Shown: positions 29,915 through 39,423, numbered from the stretch's first letter. The stretch: 64,000 bases of DNA from an uncultured Victivallales bacterium (GCA_964609395.1 CAZSRU010000001.1:7324-71323); one strand, 5' to 3'. Notes: generated by a model not told the origin, from the sequence alone. Translations and numbers: made by a program.

Positions 29915-31492
29915 TCAGTTCTTGCCGCGCACGGTGTGGTCAATCCAGGTGGCGACAACTGAAGGGCTTTGCTCGGCGAGGCGCGAAACCACGTCGAATT
30001 CCGACTGGTTATCATCGAGTGCCGTTAGATTCCCCGCGCCCAGCGCATGTGTGGATCCGTCAGCCCCTGCCAGCATGGATACCGGGACCCCGACGTTTTC
30101 GCGTTCGATGGACAGGCTTCTGAATGTGCGGCGGCTGAAGCTTATCAGGATCGCCAGCATCACGATTCCCGCCAGTGTGCGGAGGGCCGCCGTCGGCGAG
30201 AAGGGGAGCTGCGTCCACCAGAGCGGCAGTGCTGGTTTTGGTGTCGTATCCGGTGATGAGTGGAACGCCATTTCGATCACCTCGATCGAATCCTGGCGTT
30301 GAGCGCTGGAAACGGCACCTACCGCAGATCGTACCATCCGCTCAATATTCTTCAACTCCTCTGCGCTGCGCGCGGTTTCCCCTTGGGCGACGGAGACTGA
30401 AACGGAGAGCCGCTCGATACGCCCACCCTGGTCCAGTATGCTTTCCCGTCCTGACGGGATCCGGTATTCGGATTCGACATCTTCGCGCTTCTTCTTGCTC
30501 GTGGCCTGTTCCATAGTGACGGTTGACTTCGGATCGCCGACCGCCACGCGGGCGACACCATCCTGAGGCGTGCCGACCGGATCGCTCGAGTTTTCCGAAC
30601 TGATCGTCTCCTTGAATAGAACACGCCCTTCGGCATCATAGGTTTCGCTGTGGCGTTCAATGCGACGGAAATCGATATCGGCGCTGACACGCACCATCGC
30701 CTTGCCTGCACCGATCGCAAGGTCCAGCATGTCTTGTGCTTTGCGTGCCAGGCTGTCCTCGACGTTGCGCCGCATGTCCATCTGGCGCTGGCTTGATCCC
30801 ACAATCGGATCCTTGCTGCCGCTGTCGTCGGTGAGCATTCGTCCCATCTGGTCGGTAATCGTGATATGCCCGTCTCCCATGCCGGGGACGGCCGCGCTGA
30901 CAAGCTGGCTGATGCTGCTGATCTGTTCGCCGCTGAGACGTACCCCCCGGTTCAGCGTGAGCATGATGGACGCACTGGCCGCCTTGTCCCGCTCGGAGGC
31001 AAACAGCTTGTCTTTAGGCATGACCAGCATGACGCGGGCAGACTGGACGCCATTGACAGCCATGATCGTACGTTCCAGCTCGCCTTGCAGCGCCCGCTGG
31101 AAGTTGACTTGTTGCGCAAACTCCGTCAGGCCGAACTTGGGTTGCTCGAAGATCTCGAAACCGGTGGAACTGTCCTTCGGCAACCCGTTGGCGGCGAGCA
31201 TCAAACGGGCGCGGTAGACGTCTGCGGCGGGGACGTAGATGGCTTGGCCGTGGGAACGGAGCTGAACGGTGATTTTCGCGTCTTCCAGTTGTTCCTGGGC
31301 TCTGGCGGCATCCTCAAGGCTCATTCCCGTGTAGAGAAGCCGGAAATCCGGCTGGCTCGACCAGTAGAGCGTACCCCCGATGGCAAGTGCCGTGACCATC
31401 AATGCCAGGATGATACTGACTTTCTGATTGATGCCGAAATGTTTCCACAAAATACCGATTTGATGTCCAAGTAAGGATATGCTGCCAGGCAT
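29915..31492 (-). CDS. fliF: Flagellar MS-ring protein FliF
   Basis: 525 aa with two TM segments and YscJ/FliF ring domains. Confidence 0.9.
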   Translation of the reverse strand: MPGSISLLGHQIGILWKHFGINQKVSIILALMVTALAIGGTLYWSSQPDFRLLYTGMSLEDAARAQEQLEDAKITVQLRSHGQAIYVPAADVYRARLMLAANGLPKDSSTGFEIFEQPKFGLTEFAQQVNFQRALQGELERTIMAVNGVQSARVMLVMPKDKLFASERDKAASASIMLTLNRGVRLSGEQISSISQLVSAAVPGMGDGHITITDQMGRMLTDDSGSKDPIVGSSQRQMDMRRNVEDSLARKAQDMLDLAIGAGKAMVRVSADIDFRRIERHSETYDAEGRVLFKETISSENSSDPVGTPQDGVARVAVGDPKSTVTMEQATSKKKREDVESEYRIPSGRESILDQGGRIERLSVSVSVAQGETARSAEELKNIERMVRSAVGAVSSAQRQDSIEVIEMAFHSSPDTTPKPALPLWWTQLPFSPTAALRTLAGIVMLAILISFSRRTFRSLSIERENVGVPVSMLAGADGSTHALGAGNLTALDDNQSEFDVVSRLAEQSPSVVATWIDHTVRGKN

Positions 31493-31522
31493 GGTTGAAT
31501 CCCTTTCTTCGGTTAGCTACGA

Positions 31523-31843
31523 TCAGGCCTGCATACGAGCAATCTGCTGGTAAGCGTCGAGCAGTTTGTTGCGAACTTCCATCATCAGGTCAAACGCGAT
31601 TCCTGCCTCTGTCATTCGCGTCGTGACGTCATGTATGTTGGTGGTTTCGCCGGTGATCAGGCCTTCGATCGAACGATCGGCATCCTGCTGCAAGCCGTTG
31701 ACCTCGCGTACGAGGTCGCCGAGCACGGATTGAAACGAGGGGGCTCCCCCCTTTTCGGGTTTCGAACTGCTGCCAGACTCTGGCCGCATCGGGTCCGCTG
31801 ATTCCAGACCGTTAATGGGACGATAAGCATCAATAGGTGTCAT
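31523..31843 (-). CDS. fliE: Flagellar hook-basal body protein FliE
   Basis: 106 aa; C-terminal FliE motif (MTEAGIAFDLMMEVRNKLLDAYQQI). Confidence 0.85.
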   Translation of the reverse strand: MTPIDAYRPINGLESADPMRPESGSSSKPEKGGAPSFQSVLGDLVREVNGLQQDADRSIEGLITGETTNIHDVTTRMTEAGIAFDLMMEVRNKLLDAYQQIARMQA

Positions 31844-32280
31844 TTGCCGATCTCCAGTGCTTTGAGTGCCATTGTTTTTGCTGATTTGATGGCGGCAACA
31901 TTTGCCTCGTAAGCACGGGTCGCGACCATCATGTCAACCATTTCTTCCATCGGATTCACATTCGGGAGGGTAACGTAGCCTTCCGGATCCGCATCCGGGT
32001 GACCGGGGCGGTAGGCGCGTTGCAGTGAGCTCTGGTCAACGACTGTGCGATCAATCCGAACTCCGTTGGCTGCTTCATTCTGCGGTCCGCGCCGACCGCC
32101 GAGCGTACGGTTTAATTGTTCGGCAAAGACCACATCACGCCGACGATACACATTACCGTTGACATCCTTGGTGGTGTCGGCATTTGCCAGATTGCCCGCG
32201 ATAACACGCATCCGGTACGATTGCGCGTCCATGGCGCTAGCCGAGATACCGAGTGTCGGGAATATGCTTTGATCACTCAT
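31840..32280 (-). CDS. flgC: Flagellar proximal rod protein FlgC
   Basis: 146 aa; rod N-terminal (ASAMDAQSYRMRVIAGNLANADTT) and C-terminal motifs. Confidence 0.9.
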   Translation of the reverse strand: MSDQSIFPTLGISASAMDAQSYRMRVIAGNLANADTTKDVNGNVYRRRDVVFAEQLNRTLGGRRGPQNEAANGVRIDRTVVDQSSLQRAYRPGHPDADPEGYVTLPNVNPMEEMVDMMVATRAYEANVAAIKSAKTMALKALEIGK

Positions 32281-32301
32281 AAGAGTCGTCCCTTAAACCG
32301 T

Positions 32302-32631
32302 TTAGTTACCTTTTATTGCCTTTCGAATTCCTGCATATTTGCGCGATAAAAGGTCGGCGGATGTCACATAAAGCAACTGGTTTTCAGACATCGCGGCAAA
32401 TTCACGTTCCAAGCTGACCGGGGAGGCGGAGGAGTCCTTCTTTATGGTAGGGTTGAATGGCCCGGCCTCGGGGGTGCGCTTTTGGACGGCAGACTTAAGC
32501 TCGTCGATAAAACTGACGTCACTGCGCTGGTAGCCCGGTGTGTTTACGTTCGCAATATTGCTGGCCAGCGCCTGGCCTCGCAGTGCTGTCGCGTCTAGGA
32601 TGCGGTTCAGAAGTAATGTCACATCGTTCAT
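32302..32631 (-). CDS. flgB: Flagellar proximal rod protein FlgB (start moved to MNDVTLLL ATG 32631; the longer ORF would read through its own promoter and the upstream stop)
   Basis: LLNRILDATALRGQALASNIANVNTPGYQR matches the FlgB N-terminus. Confidence 0.85.
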   Translation of the reverse strand: MNDVTLLLNRILDATALRGQALASNIANVNTPGYQRSDVSFIDELKSAVQKRTPEAGPFNPTIKKDSSASPVSLEREFAAMSENQLLYVTSADLLSRKYAGIRKAIKGN

Positions 32632-32644
32632 GCTTGCCAGTATA

Positions 32645-32660
32645 AGCACCCTGCGTGCCA
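32645..32660 (-). promoter_or_regulatory. sigma54 promoter TGGCACgcaggGTGCT immediately upstream of flgB (-12 C is 15 nt before the ATG)
   Basis: Exact GG-N10-GC spacing with a TGGCAC -24 element; just downstream of the EBP gene stop. Confidence 0.6.
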
Positions 32661-32668
32661 TAGGCAAG

Positions 32669-34153
32669 TTACAGACCAGCCGGCAGGGAGCCTTCCTCGC
32701 GGTAGCGATTGAGCTTGTTTCGCAGCGTGCGGATGCTCACACCGAGCAGATCGGCCGCCTGGTTGCGCTGCCCATCGGTTTTTTCCATGGCGCGCAGGAT
32801 GGTTTGCCGTTCCAGCGCATCCAGGCATAGCGTCGTGTTGGCTGGGGAGGGGACCGCGCTGTCCGGGGCACATTCGCTCGCTGGCTTGCTTTCGGCGGGA
32901 GGCGTATGGGGGGGACTCTGCGTGGCCGGTTCCAGGATGGCCGAGTTCGCTCGTGTGCAGGTGCTGCCGTGCACTTCTGGCGGTAGCATCGCTGGCGTCA
33001 GTTCCGGCCCCTTTTCCATGACGCAGAGACGCTCAATCAGATGTTCCAGTTCGCGTACATTACCCGGCCAGGTGTAGCGGCACAGGATGTCGAGTGTGTC
33101 CTGGCGGAACCGCAAACCGTCGGTTTTGCCAGTCAGATTTCGAAGGTGCCGTTTGAGAAAGTTGTCTGCCAGCATCGGGATGTCCTCTGGCCGCTCGCGC
33201 AAGGGTGGCACATGGATGGGGACGACATTGAGCCGGTAGTATAGATCCTGCCGGAAGCCGCCCTCGCGCACATAGCTTTGCAGATCGCGGTTCGTGGTGG
33301 CAATGATCCGGCATTCCGCGCGCAGCGTTCGGCTTCCGCCAACACGTTCGAACTCACGCTCCTGAATCACGCGCAGCAGCTTCGCCTGCAGACCGAGCGG
33401 CATCTCGCTGATCTCGTCCAGCAGCAACGTCCCGTTGCCCGCGAGTTCGAAGCGTCCCGGGCGCCGGTTGATTGCCCCTGTAAAGGCCCCCTTCTCATGC
33501 CCGAAAAGTTCACTGTCGGCCAGCGATTCCGGTACGGCCGCGCAGTTCATACGCACAAAAGGACGTTTGCGGTATTCCCCGAGTCCGTGGATGGCCTGGG
33601 CTACTAATTCCTTACCCGTACCGCTTTCGCCTGAGATCAGTACCGTCGAGGAAGAAGCGGCGACGCGTTCAATCTGCTCGATCAGCTTTTGCATGGCGAC
33701 GGTTTGGCCGAGCAGGCGTTTTCCCTTTGGCATCGACCAGCCGAGCTCTTCCTTGAGATAGTCGTTTTGCGCATTGAGCCGCACCCACTCCTTTGCCCGG
33801 TTCAGGACGACTTCCACCTGCTCCGGTGAGAAGGGCTTCATGAGGAAGTCGATCGCTCCCAGTTTCATCGCTTCCACGGCTTGCTCCACGGTGCCGAAGG
33901 CGGTGACCATGACCGTCAGGGTCTCGATACCCGCCTCCTGCTTCCAGCGCAGCAGGTCCATGCCGCCTAGAACCGGCATTTTGATGTCGACGAAGGCCAT
34001 GTCGAAGTCGCGTTCTTCCATCAGTTTCTGTGCCTGTGCCCCATTACCAGCCTGCACCACCTCAATTCCAGCACGTGTGAGGGTTTCCACCACAAATTCG
34101 CGCATCAGTATGTCATCATCAACCACAAGCACGGTTTCAATACTGGAGATCAT
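32669..34153 (-). CDS. sigma54-dependent response regulator (FlrC/FleR-type: receiver + AAA+ + HTH)
   Basis: Receiver domain, GESGTGKE Walker A, GAFTGA-type sigma54 contact loop, C-terminal Fis-like HTH. Confidence 0.9.
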   Translation of the reverse strand: MISSIETVLVVDDDILMREFVVETLTRAGIEVVQAGNGAQAQKLMEERDFDMAFVDIKMPVLGGMDLLRWKQEAGIETLTVMVTAFGTVEQAVEAMKLGAIDFLMKPFSPEQVEVVLNRAKEWVRLNAQNDYLKEELGWSMPKGKRLLGQTVAMQKLIEQIERVAASSSTVLISGESGTGKELVAQAIHGLGEYRKRPFVRMNCAAVPESLADSELFGHEKGAFTGAINRRPGRFELAGNGTLLLDEISEMPLGLQAKLLRVIQEREFERVGGSRTLRAECRIIATTNRDLQSYVREGGFRQDLYYRLNVVPIHVPPLRERPEDIPMLADNFLKRHLRNLTGKTDGLRFRQDTLDILCRYTWPGNVRELEHLIERLCVMEKGPELTPAMLPPEVHGSTCTRANSAILEPATQSPPHTPPAESKPASECAPDSAVPSPANTTLCLDALERQTILRAMEKTDGQRNQAADLLGVSIRTLRNKLNRYREEGSLPAGL

Positions 34154-35427
34154 GCTTCCACTCCTGTTTTGGGTAATTCAACACTAAATAGACTGCCTCT
34201 GCCGGGTTCGCTGGAGATGTTGATCTCGCCACCGTGGATATCGATGATTTTGCGGGTGAGCGATAAGCCTAGGCCGGTGCCGCCTTCCTTGGATGTAAAG
34301 AAAGGATCAAACACTTTGGACACAAGCAACGCATCCATGCCGCACCCGTTGTCGCGCACATGCAAGGCGACCGTGTTGTGGCTATCGGTGGCCGATATAT
34401 GGACGGTGCCGGAGGCGTCGCAGGCCTCAATGGCGTTGATTCCCAGATTGAGCAGCGCTTGGGTTATCTGGCGGTAGTCACCGCGGAACTGTATGTCTGG
34501 CTCGGGCGGTGTCATGACGAGACAAACGCGGGTGCGTGTGGCCCGGTCTTCCAGTGTTTCCCGGCAGGATTCGAATACGGCCGCAACGGATACCTGTGAT
34601 ATCTGCAGACGCATCGGGCGTGCATAGGTCAGTAGGTTGGTGATGACATAATTCAGGTTCTGAGCGCCCTCGACGATCCGTTCCGCCAGGCGCAATGGGC
34701 CGGGCATGGTTTCCAGATCCCGTCGCAGCAGCCGTGCAAACCCTTCGATCGTACCCAGGGGATTGCGAATCTCGTGAGCCACGCTGGCTGCCATCTCGCC
34801 AAGGGCGGCAAGCCTCTCCTGGCTTTGGAGGCGCTTTTCCATGCGGCGGAATTCGGTGACATCACGCAGATTGCATATCGCACCCAGAATCTTGCCGTCG
34901 GGTGCGGTTACCGGGGCAAGACTCAGCAGTATTCGTCGCGTTTCGCCCTGCCCATGGCTCGTGGTCCAGGGATGGTCAAGCAATGGCGTGTCGCCGTGGA
35001 GTACCCGCCCCAGGTGTGATTCTGATTCCGGCGCCTGCACGATATGCGAGAACAAGGCATTCTCGATTTCCGGACGCGTTACCTGCAGCAGGCGGCATGC
35101 GGCTGAATTACACCGTTCAATACGCCCGTCCTGGCCGACGACCAACAACCCGTCGGTCAGGCTTTCAACCACGCTTTCCAACCGACTGGAGACCTGCCGG
35201 AGCGCTTGGTTCGTGGCCGTCAACTCGCTGTTACGCTCCTGCAGGGTCTTGTTGGAGCTGGCAAGGTCAGCTTCCAGTGAGCGGTAAGCCTTCTCCAGTT
35301 GGCGGCTTTGGCGCTCGAAGATTTCAAATGCCGACTGCACGGCCGCCAAGGTTCCGTCGTTTTGATTTGAAACCGGAACCGTCGCGGAAGGGGCTAGGGT
35401 ATGGATGGGAAGGTGAGGGGCCTGCAT
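34150..35427 (-). CDS. PAS-containing sensor histidine kinase (FlrB/FleS-type)
   Basis: PAS domain, HisKA (SVAHEIRNPL) and HATPase_c (GTGLGLS) motifs; overlaps the start of the cognate EBP gene. Confidence 0.85.
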   Translation of the reverse strand: MQAPHLPIHTLAPSATVPVSNQNDGTLAAVQSAFEIFERQSRQLEKAYRSLEADLASSNKTLQERNSELTATNQALRQVSSRLESVVESLTDGLLVVGQDGRIERCNSAACRLLQVTRPEIENALFSHIVQAPESESHLGRVLHGDTPLLDHPWTTSHGQGETRRILLSLAPVTAPDGKILGAICNLRDVTEFRRMEKRLQSQERLAALGEMAASVAHEIRNPLGTIEGFARLLRRDLETMPGPLRLAERIVEGAQNLNYVITNLLTYARPMRLQISQVSVAAVFESCRETLEDRATRTRVCLVMTPPEPDIQFRGDYRQITQALLNLGINAIEACDASGTVHISATDSHNTVALHVRDNGCGMDALLVSKVFDPFFTSKEGGTGLGLSLTRKIIDIHGGEINISSEPGRGSLFSVELPKTGVEA

Positions 35428-35429
35428 GA

Positions 35430-35753
35430 TTAATGCTCCTGGGGTACCGGGGTGTCATCGCCGCCGGCACTGATGCGGTATTCACGTTCCTGCACCATCA
35501 GCTCTTCCATCGTCACTCCCAGTTCCTGCAGGGCGCAAAGGGTTGCCGCATTCAGCGGGATTCCGCCGGTGCTTTCGGCCACCTGCCGCAAATGACCAGT
35601 GAGCGCATCGGCGTATTGCTCGGCCTGGCGCAATAACGTTGTCCGATTGCTGCCGCCGGCAATCGATCGGAGCTGTACGTAGATGTCGCGAATGGCTGCT
35701 GCCTGTGTCTTTGCGTTTCTGATTTCAGTCATTAGTTCCATGCTGGGTTCCAA
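35430..35753 (-). CDS. Hypothetical 107 aa helical protein adjacent to the histidine kinase
   Basis: ORF abutting the TPR gene stop and the HK start; no recognisable motif (weak HPt-like GHLRQ). Confidence 0.4.
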   Translation of the reverse strand: MEPSMELMTEIRNAKTQAAAIRDIYVQLRSIAGGSNRTTLLRQAEQYADALTGHLRQVAESTGGIPLNAATLCALQELGVTMEELMVQEREYRISAGGDDTPVPQEH

Positions 35754-37985
35754 TCATAAGGCGGCTGCCCGTGCCCGCATCGAAAGTTGGTCTGTCTTTT
35801 GGATCCAGTCGCGAAGGGCATCGGCAGAAAGGAGGGTGTCGCCAGCCGGTGTCTGCTTATCGGAGATGGCTTGCCGCCCCATCCACGCCATGACGGTTGC
35901 CGCTGGTTCCTTCGCGATCAGTCGCGTAAGCGTCTGTATCCGGTATTGTTCCAGTGGCAACTGCGCTCGCCAGTACGAATCACTTTCCATTTGCGAAAGC
36001 AGTTGGTCAATACGCCCGTAGGCCTCGTTTTGTATCAACCGGTCCATCACGGCATCTGCCGTGGCCAGCATCAGTGCTTTCGGCGGCTTGGCTGGCGCTG
36101 GGCGAGGGTGGACTGTCGGTTGTGTCGCCAGTGCCGTTAAATCGGGAACCAGAATTTCAAATAGCGTTGTCAGCAAGGCGTCGCCAGAAGGTCCGCAGGT
36201 TTGCCGCCAGCGCCTGATGGCTTCCTTGTGCTGGCCTTGCCGCATGGCAATCGCGGCCCACAACGGTGTCGATTCAGGCCAGATGCCGGCCCACTCGGAA
36301 TGGGTGTTCAGCGTCCGTAGTATCTGATCGGCATCGCGGTCGCGCTCCATGCTTAAGAGCACTCGCGCTTGCCCCAGCATGGCTTGAGCCAGGGTTGAAC
36401 TCTTGTCGCCCGCCTTCTGTGAATGTAAGCTTGCCAACAGGATTGCATGCCTGTAATACGTTTCAGCCGCGGCTGGCAGCGAAAGTTCCTCAAGCCGTTG
36501 GGCGGTGATCAGAAGGCCCTCGGAGCTGCGCTCATCCTGCGGGAATCGCATCGTGGCGTCGATCGCACTTCCAACCAGGCCGGCGGTGGCGTTCGGATCC
36601 TTGGCCAGTGCTTTTAAAAGGCTGTGGCGGGCATGGGTGTCCAATGGTTTGTCTGTGTTTAGCGATATCAGTTTGTAGAGATACCGGACCTGTGCATCGA
36701 GATTACCGCGTCTGGCTGCTAGATCGGCTTGCACTTCAAATTCCTTGGCTGGATTCGTCGCCTTGCTGGCTTGCGCCTGCGCTGCTGCCAGATAGCGTTC
36801 GGCTCGATCCAGTTCATCACGTCCTATTGCCGTTCTGGCGGCACGAACCAGGATGTTGTAGGGCTCTGCTTGCCCAGGCTTCAGCATGCCTAGCTGTCGA
36901 TCAAGCGTTGAGAGGAGTTGGCCTACCCGCGCGGTATCGGTTGTGGACGCGAGTTCATGGCCCAGATCGATCAGAGCCGTTTCCTGTAGATGCGTGTCGG
37001 CGAACATCAGCAGTCTGGCAGCGGCGACATCCTCGATGGATCGTTCCTGCCGCAGCAAGGCAAGCAGACGCTGCGCGGCCTGCCGGCGGCCGGGTGCAGA
37101 GGTGTTGTAGGCCGCTCGCTGAAGAGCGGTAATGGCTTGACTCGTGTTGTTGCTTCTGATGGCGATTTGGGCGAGAATGATCTGCGATTCCTGCATTATC
37201 TGCGAGTTGTTGCTTTGCGCCAATGTGTTGGCGTTCTCGGTCAGTTGCTGTTTTATCTGATCCCGTTTCTCACTGGGTGTTGCCCCTTCGAAATGTGAAC
37301 TGAGCGCATCGAACCATTTCTGGTTTGTGTATATCCGCCAAAGCACTCTGGTCTCACCGTGCAATGCCTTGGTTTGCTGTTCCCCGATCTCGGCAGTTGG
37401 CTTGAGCGCACGAAGGCTTGCATAGGCCGGGGCGGCGTACCCAAAGTCAAATAAGACCTGGAATTCGAGCAGGTTCAAGTCAAATGGCAGTTTGCCTTGG
37501 TCGCGAACCCTCGCGAGAATGCGATTCGCATGCTGTAGGGATTGCTGGTCGCGCAGTTTGCTGGCCAGTTGCAGGAAAACCGTTGCCAAATCGACCGCGA
37601 TGCAATCATCGATATCCTGTTTTACAAGCACGTCCGCGTAATTGGCCGCCATGCGATAACGCTGCCAAGCGGGGCGCCAGTTGTCATCTTTTAGCAGGAA
37701 TTTCGTCATGGCCATAATGGCGGTGTTCTTCTGTTTGGGCGTTTCTGCAATCTCAATGGCATCGCTAAAGAAGATGAAGGCCATGAGCGGATCATTCGCC
37801 TTGTCGCGTTTTTCTGCCCACTGTAGCATCAGAACGTCGGCGGGAGGCAGCTCTTGGATGATATAACGATGGACCATCACTCCGGTCATCGAGGTTGTAA
37901 ACGCCAGGCCGATGCCCATCATGGCCAGTGTAAGAAAAAGTGCGGAGCCTTGCTTCGCGCGAGAATGTCTATTGTGTGCTGTCAT
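35754..37985 (-). CDS. Large single-pass membrane protein with extended alpha-helical (TPR-like) repeats
   Basis: 743 aa; one N-terminal TM helix (ALFLTLAMMGIGLAFTTSMTGVMV) then an Ala/Leu/Gln/Arg-rich helical region. Confidence 0.55.
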   Translation of the reverse strand: MTAHNRHSRAKQGSALFLTLAMMGIGLAFTTSMTGVMVHRYIIQELPPADVLMLQWAEKRDKANDPLMAFIFFSDAIEIAETPKQKNTAIMAMTKFLLKDDNWRPAWQRYRMAANYADVLVKQDIDDCIAVDLATVFLQLASKLRDQQSLQHANRILARVRDQGKLPFDLNLLEFQVLFDFGYAAPAYASLRALKPTAEIGEQQTKALHGETRVLWRIYTNQKWFDALSSHFEGATPSEKRDQIKQQLTENANTLAQSNNSQIMQESQIILAQIAIRSNNTSQAITALQRAAYNTSAPGRRQAAQRLLALLRQERSIEDVAAARLLMFADTHLQETALIDLGHELASTTDTARVGQLLSTLDRQLGMLKPGQAEPYNILVRAARTAIGRDELDRAERYLAAAQAQASKATNPAKEFEVQADLAARRGNLDAQVRYLYKLISLNTDKPLDTHARHSLLKALAKDPNATAGLVGSAIDATMRFPQDERSSEGLLITAQRLEELSLPAAAETYYRHAILLASLHSQKAGDKSSTLAQAMLGQARVLLSMERDRDADQILRTLNTHSEWAGIWPESTPLWAAIAMRQGQHKEAIRRWRQTCGPSGDALLTTLFEILVPDLTALATQPTVHPRPAPAKPPKALMLATADAVMDRLIQNEAYGRIDQLLSQMESDSYWRAQLPLEQYRIQTLTRLIAKEPAATVMAWMGRQAISDKQTPAGDTLLSADALRDWIQKTDQLSMRARAAAL

Positions 37986-38781
37986 GCAAATCCAATCCTT
38001 CCCGTCGGCTGGAAACCTGAATGACGCTTAAAAGTTGCGATCGCTCGGCATTCCCTGTCAGGCGCTGACTTTGAATGCGTAGCGTGTCCGGGCTGTCGAG
38101 AACATCGACAAATGTGCCTGCGCCCGCTTCGAAATGCCTCCTGATCGCCGGCGTCTGCGCCAGGATGCAGAGTCGGCCGCCTTGCGCCGAGAGCCATCCT
38201 GCCCATGCGCACAGGCTGCGCATGGCCGTCATGTCGGCCTGCGTCGCGGGGGTCGTTTCAAGCGCAATCCATTTCTCATCGCGGGCGGCACGCAACAAGC
38301 GGGCGGCGTTGCGGGCCGTCAGCGTCCCGCGAAGACGGACGCGACGGAAGCGCCCGATTCGCCGCTCGTTGCCGCTGCCAGATGCTGGCGGATGGGCGGC
38401 TGCCTTTAAAAACATTTTCAGGGTACTTTGCAATTGCTCGGCCTGTACCGGTTTTTGAAGAACGCTGCTGATTGCCAGTGCTTGACGGCGTTCCTCGGAG
38501 ATGCATTCGGTTTCGGCCGTCATGCATACGACTGTGGTTTGATGGCCATTGCTGCGCATTTTCGCGATCACGTCGGTACCGTAGCCATCGGGAAGCCGAT
38601 AATCCATCAGTACCATTTGCGGCCCGAGACGTTCCCAGCTCGCTTCGGCCTCGCTGGCGCACTCGGCAACGTTAACGCTGCATGCCCCAGGAAACCGTTC
38701 CAGGGTTCTGCGCAAGGTGGCGGCCAGCAGTGGGTCGTCCTCCACCAGCAGGATGACGATACCGCACGCATCAGAAGTCAT
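37969..38781 (-). CDS. Response regulator with receiver domain fused to a STAS-like (anti-sigma-antagonist-like) C-terminal domain
   Basis: Receiver motifs (ILLVEDDPLLA, VLMDYRLPDGYG, TVVCMTA); the C-terminal 110 aa loosely match the SpoIIAA/STAS pattern (WIALETTPATQADMTAMRSL...AQGGRLCIL). Confidence 0.5.
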   Translation of the reverse strand: MTSDACGIVILLVEDDPLLAATLRRTLERFPGACSVNVAECASEAEASWERLGPQMVLMDYRLPDGYGTDVIAKMRSNGHQTTVVCMTAETECISEERRQALAISSVLQKPVQAEQLQSTLKMFLKAAAHPPASGSGNERRIGRFRRVRLRGTLTARNAARLLRAARDEKWIALETTPATQADMTAMRSLCAWAGWLSAQGGRLCILAQTPAIRRHFEAGAGTFVDVLDSPDTLRIQSQRLTGNAERSQLLSVIQVSSRREGLDLHDSTQ

Positions 38782-39310
38782 AACTGGCTCCTTCTGTGTA
38801 GCGTGGTATAATCAGCACGATACCGGCGGACAGTACGGCAGAGGGGCTTAGGCCATTGATTTGCTGTATCCATTTGGCCCGGTCCTTGTTGCCGTAGACC
38901 ATCGGGTTGGCGGCAATGCTCTCAAGGGTGTCGCCAGTCTGAACCTCGTAATATTCGAATGCTCCGCTACGCAAAAGACTCAATAAATGGTCTTTTCTCT
39001 TGATTTCTTTCCGACTTTCCTCCAGTTGCTTGTCGAGGCTCTCGATCTGCGCCTTCTGTTCATCTAGTCGGGTGTTCTGGATAGCGACTTCCGTCTGGCT
39101 TTGGCTTAACTGTGCGGTTGTGGCCTGTAGTTGCGTGGTCAGGCGTGTGACCTCTTCAAGCAGGGCTTGCGCTTGAAGGGCTCGCCGCTCCAGTGCGTTA
39201 AGACTGCTGGTGTCTGGCGCATTGGCCGAGGCCCAAAGCGCGACAGAGAGACTCAGGATTACAACGCTGGGTACGATCCATTGACGGTTACATTTTCCGG
39301 TGCCATTCAT
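38771..39310 (-). CDS. Secreted/anchored coiled-coil protein with C-terminal LysM peptidoglycan-binding domain (start moved to ATG 39310, RBS AAGGAA)
   Basis: Signal-anchor, long coiled coil, LysM motif YYEVQTGDTLESIAA...INGLS. Confidence 0.65.
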   Translation of the reverse strand: MNGTGKCNRQWIVPSVVILSLSVALWASANAPDTSSLNALERRALQAQALLEEVTRLTTQLQATTAQLSQSQTEVAIQNTRLDEQKAQIESLDKQLEESRKEIKRKDHLLSLLRSGAFEYYEVQTGDTLESIAANPMVYGNKDRAKWIQQINGLSPSAVLSAGIVLIIPRYTEGASYDF

Positions 39311-39362
39311 ATCGATATTCCTTACCATGTCCGAGCGGAGTCAATCGTGGTCTCGATTTGCT

Positions 39363-39378
39363 AGCAGGGTCTGTGCCG
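39363..39378 (-). promoter_or_regulatory. sigma54 promoter cGGCACagaccCTGCT upstream of the LysM/RR-STAS/TPR operon
   Basis: GG-N10-GC exact spacing; shares the GCTAGCAGGGT core with the fliD promoter; 54-nt leader to a strong RBS. Confidence 0.6.
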
Positions 39379-39423
39379 CAAATCGTGTGTGATTGCAGTG
39401 TTTGCGAGGCAAAGCTATATCAA

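Noticed and set aside
36608-37132. Long plus-strand ORFs antisense to the minus-strand flagellar array (e.g. 35787-36140, 36608-37132, 41020-41805, 43474-44040, 45295-45978, 19599-20177, 21766-22344)
   Set aside because: They overlap well-supported flagellar genes on the opposite strand, have no RBS or motifs, and are the expected open antisense frames of high-GC coding DNA
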